64,000 nucleotides of DNA, taken from Octopus bimaculoides. Taxonomy: Eukaryota. A program made the translations under genes and the position numbers. Location: contig NC_068990.1 of NCBI RefSeq assembly GCF_001194135.2, positions 40,655,070 to 40,719,069 on the forward strand. The letters run 5' to 3'. The notes under the pieces are model-generated. The model saw nothing but the letters and a program-made list of their open reading frames with translations. It did not search any database and was not told the origin of the DNA. Position 1 is the stretch's first letter. Every line of letters begins with the position of its first letter. This document shows, one piece after another, positions 14,943-27,887 of this stretch.

Positions 14943-16453
14943 ATGATTTGAACTTGATTTTTTATGTATTGGATAAAATATCCCTTTTGCTGGTAGATAA
15001 ATAAAGCATTCAGATGGCATCATGCATAAGTCTGTCTTGTTGTTTCTGGGTTTGGTTCTCTTATATGTTGTAACATCTTTGTTTCCTTGAAGAATTCCCT
15101 TCTTATTACCTGTAGAATCTTAACTACATGAAGCATCATGAATTAAATAAACTATCACACAAATTCATATTTTTTATCCATTAAATGTGTTAATATTGTT
15201 CATCTTTAATGTGTACTATACAATATTAAAATCTACTGATTTTCTATTTTAACTCTTTTCTAGGTTTTTTTAATATCAGTAAATGCCCTTTCATAAATCA
15301 TATTATACAGAGTAGCATTGTGAATTAGTGTCTTTGAAAGAAATTAATTTTTTTGCTGATTATGGACTAGACACATAAAGTTCCAACTGTCTGAAAGTAA
15401 CTTGGACCTTGCACAAAGATGTATTTTTGTGGCTGACAAATGGCTGAGAGTTGAAAAATAACTTCAATTCAAAATATGAAAAAAAAACATTTGATATGAA
15501 TATATAGAAACATCACAATGTTGCTATATTTCACCTTCATTATCGCTAAAATCATAATGAAACGTGAATTAGGGAGGAATATTGCACATCGATAAATCGG
15601 AATAACTTCACAAACTATGTTAATATCCTTTGTATATGCCTTAAGATTAAGAAGTCAGTTTTTAAAATTTTGCATTTCATCATTGATTTAATTTATCTTA
15701 ATTAAACTGTTATAGATGGTCATATTTTTAACTTGCTGGTCTGCATGCTTACCAATATGAAACACTGCTGATAGCATTCTTCAGATTTTCTTCATAAATT
15801 ATTTCTTGTTCCTCTTTATTTTGACTAGTTTTGTTTGTCTTGTTTTATTTTTACCTATAATTTCCCTCAATACATTACTTGGTAACCAGTGAGTAGCACA
15901 TGCATTCATGCAATTATAGCACAGTGCATACATAACTATACATGCAGTAGTAACCACAGGCTCAAATTGGTTGAGTTGTGTAAGATTCAGAATGTCTTGC
16001 AATAACTATTGCAGCTAAACTTTCATTTTTCATTACTTTGGGGCTCTATAAAAAAAATGTACATGTCAGGGTGGTAGTTTAGCATAGTGTTTAGTGTCAG
16101 ATGACAGGTCCTTTCAGTGTCTGCTTTGTTTCTACCATACTAAGTTCAAATCTTGCTTCCTATCATCTGAAAAAGAAAGGGCCCTATAAAAGTGATGAAA
16201 AATCTAGGAAGTCCTCTAGTTGCCAATACACCAACTAGCAGGAGAGAATGCAAGGAGACCTTCAAATTTTGTATACTCAATGGTAAAGGCAGGAGTAACA
16301 GGAGCTATGTTTGGTTTGTACAAAGAAGAGAATAGTCATGCTTAGGTGTATATGTTAATTCCCAAAAATCACATTATTGCTATTGAGTTTCCTACAATTA
16401 ATTTGTGATTATGTGATGTATGATTTAATTGAAATCAGTATGATTTAAATGAG

Positions 16454-17614
16454 TGTAGGTGTGGTTCATTAAAGATTTTCCCCAACCCACTTTGGACAGG
16501 GATAAAGAAGACCTGACATAATTATTAGTCCTCTACATAGCCACCACCAATGGTGATACACTTCTCCCATCGTTTTATGCAGCTGTGAAGATCTCGTCCG
16601 TGGAAGTTGGTAGGTTGTGTCTGGAGCCAAGACATTACCTCAGAAATATGTTCATCATCATGTAAAAAGTGCTTCCCCTTCAAAAAAAGACTTCATGGTT
16701 GGAAAGAAGTGCAAGTTTGGGTGAGGAAGATTTCATAGCCGCAGGAGTGTGCTTTCATCTGAGCAACATGCGCATTGTGAACTAGACATTGTCTTGGAGG
16801 AGGCAGACTCCTTTGGTCAGCATGCCACGCCTCTCTCTTTTGGTGGTGTCCTGCAATTTTTGTAGCAGAGAAGCATAATATGCCCTGTTAATTTAGTACC
16901 CTTTGCCAGAAAATCAATCATCACTACTCTGCATTGGTCCCAAAAGACTGTGAGCATCACCTTGCCTACTGAGGGTTGGACACGAGCTATTGGAGGTGGT
17001 GAGTTATCATGCTTCCATTGCTTTGATTGGATTTTAGTTTCAGGATCATAGAGGTCGATCCATGTTTCATCCCGTGTGATAAGTCCTCATTTTCTTTGCA
17101 CATTGCCAAAAGAGCCTGGGAGCAATTTACTTGTTCCTGCTTCTGAAAAGGTGTGAGCATCCAGGGAATCTATCGTGCAGACAACTTCTGCAAAATGGTC
17201 ATGAATGGTTTTTCTCCACAGACCTTATATTTATCTTCACTTCTTGGGCTAGTTGCTGTATAGTTATGCAGTGATCCTCCAAAATGGCAGCTTCCACTTT
17301 ATGGATGGTGTTGTCATCAATGACGGAATGTGGTTGTCCAGGAATAAGAGCAGTTTCCACCAACGGCAGTGCATTGTCACCATAAACTTATTTCATCTCA
17401 TCAGAAGTCTCTTTTGATGTACAACATGTTGAGTATAAGAACTTGATCACTGATCTGCATTCAACTGTCTCCTTTATAACACCTTAGTCCATTTCAGAAA
17501 GCTGTAAAAGACAAACAGAGACTAGTGGAAAGTTACTATTTACAATGTGACGTGTAAAGACCCTGCAATAACTGGAAGTAGGTCAGGGGAAATCTTTAAT
17601 GAACGTCTCTTGTA
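16454..17614 (-). mobile_element. Near full-length decayed mariner (Tc1/mariner DD34D-type) DNA transposon
   Basis: Terminal inverted repeats: GTTCATTAAAGATTTTCCC at ~16464-16482 and GGGAAATCTTTAATGAAC at ~17587-17604, with TA at 17613-17614. The minus strand reads ...ECRSVIKFLY..., DETWIDLYDPETKIQSKQWKH, GKVMLTVFWDQ, LLQDN and KRWEKCI..GGYVE, with stops and frameshifts. Confidence 0.9.
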
Positions 17615-17637
17615 TGTACACAAACAAACATATAGAG

Positions 17638-17783
17638 CAGTTGTGAGCAAACTGCAGCCTGTGGAACTTTCTGAATTAGACACTGATGAAAAATTTCCTT
17701 GAATTTGTTTTAGTAGTGCAGCCCACCTGTTGATGAGTCATGTCACACATGGCCGACTTCTCAAAAAATATTACCCATGCCTG
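17638..17783. mobile_element. hAT (Charlie-like) MITE
   Basis: Ends are CAGTTGTGAGCAAACTGCAGCC and ...TATTACCCATGCCTG. It is flanked by an 8-bp near-identical target-site duplication, ATATAGAG (17630-17637) and ATGTAGAG (17784-17791). Confidence 0.65.
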
Positions 17784-17989
17784 ATGTAGAGATTGAATCT
17801 AAGGGGAATGTTTTTGGCGTTTGAGATACATTGAGAATAATCAGAATGGTATTTCACTCATAAAATCCAATTTGGCTGTTGATATAAGCAAAGCCTCAGA
17901 GAATACCAGCAAAGTTTTGAAGAACTGTTATTTAGCTTATCTTGCATTTGTTCTTATACCTAAGCACAAACTTAGAAATGATAATAATA

Positions 17990-18510
17990 ATAATCCTTTC
18001 TACTACAAGGATAAAGCCTAAAATTTGCTGGTGGGGAATTAATCAATTACATTGACCACAGTATTTGACTGGTATTTGTTTTGTTGACCCTGAAAGGATG
18101 AAAGGCAAAACCAACTTTGGTAGAATTTGAACTCAGGGCCATAATGAACTGAAAGAAATAACCACAGCATTTTTTCCAATACTAACAATTCTGCTGCCTC
18201 ACTACCTTAAATAATTGTTTCAAATTTTGGCACAAGGTCAGCAGTTTCCCAACTCCAGTACTTGACTGTTACTTATTTTATCAACTCAGAAAAGGACAAA
18301 GTTGACCTTAGCAGAGTTTGAAACCAGAACGTGAAGAACCATAACAAATACTGCAAAGCATTTTCTGAAAATAACAATTTTATCAATTATAATGATGATG
18401 ATGATGACAGCAATTTCTGATGTATGCACCCGGCCAACAGTTTCACGGAGGGATTAGTCAATACAGTCAACCAAAGTACTTAACTAATAATTTGTTATTG
18501 GCCCTGGAGG
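17990..18510 (-). mobile_element. Cluster of 2-3 eroded copies of tRNA-derived SINE family C
   Basis: Degenerate matches to TACTTATTTTATCGACCCCGAAAGGATGAAAGGCAAAGTCGACCTCGGCGGAATTTGAACTC, as seen in the younger copy at 56039-56256. The CpGs are mutated to TG/CA. Confidence 0.7.
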
Positions 18511-20599
18511 AATAACAGTAATAAAAATGATAATAATAATGGTTGTATACAAGGTCTATTTCTTCAAAATCCATTTTTTCCTCTACTATTGTGTAGCCAT
18601 CTGATTTGTTTGTTCAGGTTTTAATTGCTCTTTTCATTACATTCAATTCTAAACAGTCATTTTCTTTCATTTCATTTAATTTTCTTAAGCTATATTAATC
18701 TGGATGAAAGAAAATTAAAAAAAGTACTCTATTTCCTATTTTTAAGCTACATTTCCCATTAAAAATTATCATCATACAAGAAATCTGTTCTAATTTGAAT
18801 CATTAGCATAATCATTTTTTCCCCTTTTTTCTTTCATAGAAATATATTTCTGACAAGTAAAGCTTGTGATCCAATTTTCAATTCTCAACTTTCATCATTC
18901 AATTTTACACAACATTTCTAATATTCTTGTGAAAGGCTTAAACACAAAATTATAAATCTGAGACCATCTATCTATAGAATAAGTTTATATTCTATTCATA
19001 CACTAAAGAAATTCAATGCTTTATAAGTTGTAGAGAAACATTTTTTTTAAAGCAAACTTCAGAAAAAAAACTCTTAGTACCAATATGCTATGGCTGTCCT
19101 TATTTGTTTCTGATCTTACCTTATTTTCCACATTTGTATTTGCGTGTATGTGTCTGTGTGTGTGTTTATACGTGTGTATTTGTTTATATATATGTACAAT
19201 CATTTCACTTCCTACCCATTCCTTAAAATGAGTTTTTATAACAAATTTTTGCTTATTTTTTTTAAATCTCAATTTCCCTTTATTGACAGCATGGTTTCTG
19301 TATCTTACCAATATTTCCTAATTCTAATTCTGATGTGGTAGCAATGTATGCTAATTCCCTTTAATATTCATATGGAGTTTCTGGAGTTTCCTATTCTCTT
19401 CATTGCTGATGTACTGGAATATATGTACTATTAGAAAGGCATTAGTTGTTTAATGAATTATATATATACACACACATATATATATATATGTGTATATATA
19501 TAACTCCAGAGTTACTTTCTACATCCTTTGCATTTGCATTGCAAGAACACTTATCCATCAGCCCTTTGTGATGAACAGCCTTGCTATAAGGATATGATAA
19601 CAGCATATAGAGTCCCCCATAGTCATTGATATTAATGCCACAATTTGAAATGGAAAATAATATTCTTTGTTGTATTATTTTTTAGTCACCTTTCCTTAGT
19701 CATCCTTATAAGACCTTTTACTCTTTGGGTAAAACCACTGTATTAATACTGTACCTATTTTGTGAATGGATATGCTTAATTAGTTTTCTTCCCATTAAAT
19801 TGAACTTAGACTATACACTACAGCTAAATTTTAAATGTACATGACCTGAGAATACAATAGGGGTACCTTTTGGAGTACACCTGTGTGAATTACTTTGAAA
19901 TGACGATGTTGTATTTGTAGCTATATGTTCATTAACTGCTGAAGTATGCATACACTCCAGATGTCACCAATAAGTAAGATAAAGATTAAATGCTGTTTAA
20001 ATGTGTTTCATTTGCAACACACAATTCTTTAATATTTAAATTACAGTTAGCATCTCATACAAAACCTTGGGTTTCTTGCTGGTAGAACAAGTACAAGAAA
20101 ACTACCTGTTGAGTTGTTTTTAATTTTTGATGCTGTCAAATTTATATATCAAATTGTAACTTGCTCTCTTTAGCCCTAACAGTTGCATTATTTCTGTATC
20201 GAGAATGGTTTATGAAAGTATCGATATATACATGACGATTTTTAAGTGTTGTTAGTCCTTTAATTTTCCGATGTACAACTACCATAAGTGTATATAGGCA
20301 TATAAAACAAAATGTATGATTTATTAAAGGAAACCTGTATTGTAATATCTACACATATACCCTTTATATGACGTGTGTGTTTAGAGAGATAGTAGATCCC
20401 ATGCCAATGTTTCTCAACTACTGATGGAATCATAGAGGCCATTGTGAAACCACCCCTCTCCAGCTCTGACCACATCCGATTTCTTCCAGAAAGAAGCAAA
20501 GACAAAAACACACACTAAAAACGAATCCACCTTTACACAAGACTGGTAATTATTAACTATGGAAGTATTTTAACTCAGATAGTGAAAAATCAGAATGAA

Positions 20600-21270
20600 T
20601 GATGCAAGGTAATCTTTCTGAAGCTTTAACAACTTGACCGACTCGCTACCAGAGTGAGAGAGAGTTGAGTTTTTAAGTAGAAATACAAAAATGAGAGGTA
20701 GTTGAATGTGGAGAATGCAAGGAAGAGTCTACCCCTCATTAGACCTTGTTTCAGTTTACAGCAATATGGCGGATTGAGTGATAAATGATATCAAGGTAAG
20801 GAAAGTAGTTTCTCCATCGGGAATAGTTGCCATCATGCTTAAAATATCTGGCGAAGTAGGATACAGGATAATATAGTAAAACAAGTAAAGCTATACTCAA
20901 AGACTAGTGCAGCACCATGGACGTAAACAACTACAAAGGCAAGTAAAATGCAGTAGGAACAGGAAATTCCAGATGCATCGAGCTGTCGAACTACATGATG
21001 GAAGTTACATAAAAGATTATTGCAATATTAAATAGGAATGGGATTAATCTAGATGTGATGCGGTTCAACTTTGTCCCAAGAAATGGTACCATCAATGCCA
21101 TATTTCTAGTGAAATAATTGTAAGTACATGGCTACGAGTACCTAATGTTCGTCGATTTGGAGAAGGCCTTTGACAGATTTCTGCACACTGTGATCTGATG
21201 GTCTATGAGTAGATGACTGGTTTATGAGAGCTGCATAGACCATATACATCAACTAAACAAGTACTCCATC
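20600..21270 (+). mobile_element. Decayed RTE-clade LINE reverse transcriptase fragment
   Basis: Broken frames give PSGIVAIMLKISGEVG, YKGK..A, RFNFVPRNGTINAIFLV and FVDLEKAFDR motifs. Confidence 0.75.
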
Positions 21271-21494
21271 TGATGAGGGATAAATATTATATGTTTTTTT
21301 TTTATGTGCTATTATTAGTTTCATGAACTGAGAGCACGCCAAACTGTTTTTAACATATCTGGTGTCCTATAACAATCATCAGACTTATTAAACACCGATT
21401 GGCATGCTCTCAACACATGACACTAATAGTAGCGCAAAAAAAACACATCGTGTTTATCAGATAATATATATAAATGCACACACAAAGGAGAGAA

Positions 21495-21730
21495 GGCGCG
21501 TGGCCCAGTGGTTAGGGTGTAACCCACGATCGTAAGACTGTAGTTTCGATTCCCTGGTCATATGGTGTATTGCGTTTTTAAGTAAAACACTTCATTTCAC
21601 GTTGCACTGCGATCACTGATATCCGGACGTGTGACACATAATGCACACAAACATTTGATTTCTATAAACAACTCGTCTGATCTGGTACAGCAAGAAGTCT
21701 GGGAATCCTCATATGTCGTTTACGACAAGT
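21495..21730 (+). mobile_element. Old tRNA-derived SINE
   Basis: GGCGCGTGGCCCAGTGGTTAGGG (A box) followed by GTTTCGATTCCC (B box). The head is related to SINE family A, but the body differs. Confidence 0.6.
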
Positions 21731-21949
21731 AAGTCTCTCTCTCTCTCTCTCACCCTGTAAATATATATATATATGGTTCAAAATACAAAAGATAGACAGA
21801 TGTGGAAACAGACAAGATATATTAGTTTGGCGCTCAGGATTAACGGTTGCACAAACGCACACACATATACGGGTGAGTAGATAAGTGAAAGAAAGAGGCA
21901 CTCAACACATTTGGTGGAAGTTACACCTATTGTTATTTTTCAATAAGTT

Positions 21950-22600
21950 TCATTCGGCTCCTTGGAACTTTGGAGATTCGTCATACGAATCTAGTTCATC
22001 AGGCATGGGCGACCGAATGAAAAGTTGGAGGAAGTAAAAGATGGCTATTGGGTGCTATTGGTAAAGGTGAGTTACATGATGTTATTGCTATTGACATTGA
22101 AATATCAGCGACATCAAATAGAAATCCCAATCTGTATTTCTTGAACTGCGTTGTTGAACAGGGTTAGTGGCACCTCACTGTTTAAATAATATAGTTGAGA
22201 ATCTTTAGTGATACCGGCTGCTGATGCGGAGCTGGACCTGCAGCATGACGGTGTGAGTGTACGCATCTGGTGCGTATGTGCGCGCGTGTGAGCTGGAGTC
22301 TCCAGATAAAGCGGGTCAAGGAAGTGGAATTTTCTCTCCCTGTATCTGAGGAAATGCATATATTGTATCTACCTTCGCTTCAAGCCATTGACCGTCATGC
22401 CTGTGTAGAGACTTGTGGTGTCATTAGATGGTGTGGGAGTAGCTCTGTAGACTACAGCCCTTGAAAGGTAGAATCCTTCCAGAGGGTAGCTGGTAGGATT
22501 TTGATAGTTACACATTGGGAATGACTCACCCATATTCCTTCTTACCTCAGACATTACGGAAGGGTGTACCATTGCAATCCCTAAAGAGAACTGTCTGTTT
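21950..22600 (-). mobile_element. 3' fragment of a Penelope-like element (GIY-YIG endonuclease, second PLE type) with downstream hammerhead-like remnant
   Basis: The minus strand reads CNYQNPTSYPLEGFYLSRAVVYRATPTPSNDTTSLYTGMTVNGLKRR, then RYRERENSTSLTRFIWRL and TPSCCRSS...SQLYYLN. This matches the C-x-C..CPL.G.C...VY.AT....Y.G.T...FK.R pattern also seen at 55410-55680. Confidence 0.65.
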
Positions 22601-23570
22601 ATTTTATTTGAGCAATGCAAGTATGTGCGCGCGTGTATACAGATAAAAATCACGCAAATAACACGAGTAAGATTATGAGCAAAGAGGAGAGAAACAAACA
22701 AATAATAGACGGGGTCAGAAAAGCGAAAGCACGTCACTGAAAAGAGTAAAAATATAAAATGCAAAACCAGTAATCAAAGAAGTGTACTATGAAGATAAGT
22801 AACCAAAGGAAGAAACAGAGGAATGTAACATTTTGGGTGATGCATGTTATCAAAGAGATTGAAATGAATTTAGAGATGCAAGATAAAGAGAAGAAAAACA
22901 TACGATATTGAATTTGAAACGTCTGTTTGCATGGTAGGTCTAAGGTAGAATGAAAGCTGCAGACTGGAATAGAATGACCGGAAATTGAGGCACATACACA
23001 GATCACAAAAGTGGGGAAGAGAGATGTGTATATCCTTTATTTTTTTCTTTTATTTTTGTAACTTTCTGGTGATATGTATAATTTAGTCGATGACTACTCA
23101 ATGGCATACTCGTAGAATTTTTAATTTATTAAAACTTCTCTTGTAGAGAAAGGACAGGCAAAATTCTAGCGGTAATTGTTAGCAACCCTGAATAAGAAAG
23201 AGAATGGGTTTCAAGAAATTATAACTGATGGCTGAATTTACATGCTTAGTGAGAAAGAAAATCGTATCCCTGTTTCGTTGACGAGAGATAGCTATGGGCA
23301 TGTTCTGGCGTTGATTCGTCCTCACGCACATAGACCATCTCATCTCCAAACAGATACGAACAAATACGAATGTGTACTGAATACAATTAATCCATTGCTG
23401 ACCAAAGCTAAAGTAACATCACAAAAATGAAAAAGAACTCAAAGGGACCAGTTACATAAATTTTGATAACAAGAAATTAAAAATAATTTCATGGTTGAAA
23501 AAAAAAGACAATCTGAACTTTGTTTCACGGACGAAGAAAAGTTATAGTTGCATTTCAGCCATATACACTT

Positions 23571-23773
23571 TTTATTCTTTTGTTTCAGTCATTTGACTGT
23601 GGCCATGCTGGAGCACCGCCTTTAGTCGAGAAAATCGACCCCAGGACTTATTCTTTGGAAGCCTAGTACTTATTCTATCGGTCTCTTTTTGCCGAACTGC
23701 TAAATTACGGGGACGTAAACACACCAGCATCGGTTGTCAAGCGATGGTGGGGGGACAAACACAGACACACAAA

Positions 23774-23847
<74 letters not shown>

Positions 23848-23997
23848 TACGACGAGCTTCTTTCAGTTTCCGTCTACCAAATCCACTCACAAGGCTTTGG
23901 TCGGCCCGAGGCTATAGTAGAAGACAATTGCCCAAAGTGCCACGCAGTGGGACTGAACCCGGAACCATGTGGCTGGTAAGCAAGCTACTTACCACAC
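23571..23997 (-). mobile_element. tRNA-derived SINE family B with internal (TA)n(TG)n microsatellite
   Basis: Reverse complement of the copy at 61432-61900: GTGTGGTAAGTAGCTTGC...GGTTCAGTCCCACTGCGTGG...GAAACTGAAAGAAG...(TA)n(TG)n...GACTGAAACAAAAGAATAAA. Confidence 0.9.
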
Positions 23998-24289
23998 GTT
24001 GGTGAATATGATCGTATGTGTCTGTGTATGTGTATGTATATATCTACCACAAATAGAATATATTAACTCATTCCACCGTTCCCCAAAATAACAAACAACC
24101 GCACTTACAATCATGCACTCCATTTCGTCTATTTACTAATTAACAAATATATAATTCCACCAAAACGACCCACCAATTAATTCTTAGTTATTTAAAAATA
24201 TTTTCAGTTAGTCATATTTATTTCACCTCTATTGATATTCATATATTTACTAATTTACTTAACCATGTATCTATATATCTGCTTAATCA

Positions 24290-24600
24290 ATTACAGCCGG
24301 TCATGTAACCTTTACCCTTCAGAACCTTCTAAAGTTTATCTACGGCCGAATACTCTGCTTTGAATCTCATTTGTTGACCACGCTCCTTTGTTTACCTAAA
24401 CACATTTACCAAAGATAATTCCATATTCCTACACTACTGTCACACATCAACATCACAAAACCTCACCAATCACCCACTCACCAAACCATGCATGTCTTCC
24501 ATGCTCATTTATTAACAACTCATCAAGGCCTAAAAGCTCGTTCTCTCTGAAGAATCGTAGAGTGAAACTGCTGGTCACCGAGATATATTAGTCGTGATTA
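24290..24600 (+). mobile_element. Extreme 3' end of a Penelope-like element with degenerate hammerhead motif
   Basis: YSRSCNLYPSEPSKVYLRPNTLL resembles the PLE C-terminal C..C..E...RP..LLN segment. It is followed by a C/A-rich UTR and CTGAAGA...GAAAC...GTC at 24547-24576. Confidence 0.45.
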
Positions 24601-25434
24601 CCTATATACACAGTATGATACCTCTTTTCTTAGCGTCAAGCGTTTACAATTCTCAAGCTCTTATTTGTTTATACGCGTATAGAACGTGTGTGTGTGTGTG
24701 TGTGTGTATGTGTACGTTCGCATGCGTGTTTCTGTATGTGTACAGTGTAACTGTCTCAAAAGTAGATAAACGCAGCTTTACAAATGTAGTAACTTGGTAA
24801 ACGGATATATGCACAGGAACATACTTAAATAGGTAGAGTGATTGTATACAATGATGACAACGGCGAAATATATTTTTAAGAAATTGATTTGTGAAAGAAC
24901 TTTGTTTATCAGAATGTCAACAGAGAAAGTCGACGAGGAATTGCTAATTCAATACCACAATCTCAAAACTCAATCCACTTGCTGCACACGGAATCTCTCT
25001 TTTGACGTATTGTGTTCAATTACCATATACATGCTAACTCTGCGATGGGAATTCTTGCACTTGTTTCTAATCACTTCGCAAGCTCCGTGTTGAAGCAATT
25101 ACTAACCTATTTTGACTTATGTTCACTGAGCCCTGCTAGTTGGGAATCAATCTTCACACACGCGCACGCGCGCACAGAAGGGGAGAGAGAATTATAAATT
25201 TGTGTATTTATTGAAAAGACTCAATTCATTGACAGGTTTGGTAATTCTGTTGCAAACATTTGGGGCTGCTCTTCGGTCTGATAAATTCTCATCCGTCCCA
25301 GAAGCACTGAAAAATGTCATCGGTGATGATCTTTCGCCTATATCTTAGTCACAAAAAATGTTTTTATTGTGCTTAAGTCGCAAGTGATCTAGTATCCAAG
25401 CAAACGACCGAAAATTAGAATCATCATAAAAAAT

Positions 25435-27064
25435 TAGGGTAGAGTGGGGAAAGCAAAATGGGTAGTGGGGTGAAATAAGCAATTTCTGATTTCTCATTAT
25501 TGTTTCCCTACCTGTTTGAAACCATTACATAGCACGCATTATCATTTTGCGCTGTTGCATCATCTTTGAGAGTAAAAATTGGCCAGTATTATTGTTGTTG
25601 AAATGAGAGAACTTGAAACATAGTTGGCTGGCAGTATTTTTTTTTTTTCAAGAAATTTTCCTCAAATTTGACTCGATTGTAATATCTAGATAATTTTTGG
25701 TGCTTAACAATGAGCTTTCTTTCCTCTGTTGAATTCCAAGTCAATTCTTTCCCGTGCTAATGTCTGATTTGATCATTTTAAATTTTCATAAACCAAAAAA
25801 TGTAGGCCAAAATGGGTAATAGCTAATTTCAATAATTTCTTCCTTTTAACAGTATGGTACATGAATACATCAAGAAAAGAGCTACTCCAGCTGATGGTGT
25901 AGGAGCTTTAGGCAAAGCTCGTGACATGATAGTCAAAGGTACATGAATCTATCATACCACAACCTCTAATTTCCCATATAAGACACTTCGAAGATAAATC
26001 AACAGTATCAACCAATCTGAACAAATTAGCAGTAGCCATTTTATTAGTGTGCTTTCAAAGAAAAAGGAAGAAGATATAGTTGATAGACTCTTGTTTTCAT
26101 TTAGGTTAGGTTGGTCACGTGGGACAGGAAATTCAGGCAATAGTTAAGACGTATCTTCATGCGGCTGAGAATAGAGCTTTTTAAGAGTAATGTGCCGGGA
26201 AGGACAGGATGATGTCATTCAAACAATGTTGGTCGCAGCAGCTCACGTCTCACAAACAAGAAATCTTGACCACTCTGGCAGCAGTTGCTCCTATGCCAAC
26301 TGAGGAAACCATGAGGAGAACGCGTCCAAACTGTAAAACGTTAAGTTCTTACTGCAAAAGATGTACTCATGCGTTTGCAGATGAAAGCCGAGGAGAGGGA
26401 AGCAAATAAGGACAAGAACATTACAAAGCAGAAGAGGAAACATGTAAAAAGTCAAGGAAAAAATTCATTACCAGAAAAGTAGCATGTGGTGACGATGAAG
26501 ACAAGTGTAAACTATTTTGGCGGCTTCACAAAGAAAAGAGGGGTGAGCAACAGATTATGTAACGTTTGTGATAAATACTCATGCCCAAAATATCAGCCTA
26601 AGGATATTGGCCTTAATGATGACTTCTTTTGTCTAAATTGCTCAGAATAAAATATTTTATGTTGAGGTCTTAGATTTAATTGAGTTTCGTTAATTTCATG
26701 TGTCATTTTTCCATGATCCTCTTCTATTTGACTTAGATATCTTTAATTTTTGTAGCATATCTGATCTTTGATGTCTAAGGATGGATATTTATGTATATGA
26801 GTCTATTTTCTGGAAAGGACAAATTTACCTTACTTTGTCTTACTTATTTTGCCCCACTTAAATTTTTCTTAGTATGCTCAAAAAAAAACGGCGTTAATTT
26901 TCTGAAATAGCGCTCTGAATAAGATATAGTGTTTTTAATGCATTTAGAGAAGGTCATCTTCTTAGATGGTGTAATTTTTGTAAGGTAGCGAACATTTGTA
27001 AAAAAAATTTATTCTTTCTCAAAGAAAAAATGCAGTAAATATTACTCATTGTGCCCCATCCCTT
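25435..27064 (+). mobile_element. Internally deleted, decayed pogo/Fot1-like (Tc1/mariner superfamily) DNA transposon
   Basis: From the ATG at 25854: MVHEYIKKRATPADGVGALGKARDMIVKGT*IYHTTTSNFPYKTLRR*...VLSKKKEEDIVDRL (HTH_psq/CENP-B-like N-terminus). The C-terminus is LCNVCDKYSCPK...DDFFCLNCSE* (stop at 26650). Degenerate inverted termini are TAGGGTAGAGTGGGG..CAAAATGGGTA and TTACTCATTGTGCCCCATCCCTTA. Confidence 0.6.
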
Positions 27065-27285
27065 AACAATTAACTGGAATAAAGAGTAAAAAATACAATT
27101 TAATTGGTAAGTTTATATTTAACCAGCTGGGTTCATGTAAATTTTGCATACAAGTGTATAGCTTCCAATACCGGATGATTCCTATTCATTCATTTATTGC
27201 TTAAAAAAAGATTGATGATATTTTGAACTTGTGTTTTTTTAAATGCATAAATATTTTAAATTATCTCTCTCTCTCTTTGTCTCTC

Positions 27286-27386
<101 letters not shown>

Positions 27387-27846
27387 GCACACACATATGG
27401 ATATGTATACACACACACATGCTCACACACAAACTCGCAAACATTACATAGACATATAAATCTGCATGTGTGTTTGCATATGCAGCTCAAAACCCTTAAA
27501 ATATGAATTCTTGATTTATTAAAATTATATCTGCTTCTAGAAGATGTGTCAGTTACAAAATGCCATTTGAGATCAGCATCATATGAGAAGAGACAATCCC
27601 AAGAATCAAGAATCCTCTATAATGGACTTGACATTACGAGAAAAAACGGGCTTATTGTTTGGAGATAAGTGGACAGTCGGAGACACGGAATTTTGCCTCA
27701 ATATGCGTTATCAGTACGACAATTATCCTACCCCAACTTCAGCAGCCATAGGACATAGGCATACAAGAAAGGTAGAACGCATTTATAGCCTAGGCAATTT
27801 GTATAAATTAAACAAAAACGAATGTAAATTACCTCGAACATGACTG

Positions 27847-27884
<38 letters not shown>

Positions 27885-27887
<3 letters not shown>

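Noticed and set aside
27583-27843. 86-aa ORF MRRDNPKNQ...
   Set aside because: No recognisable motif, and the length is within chance expectation.
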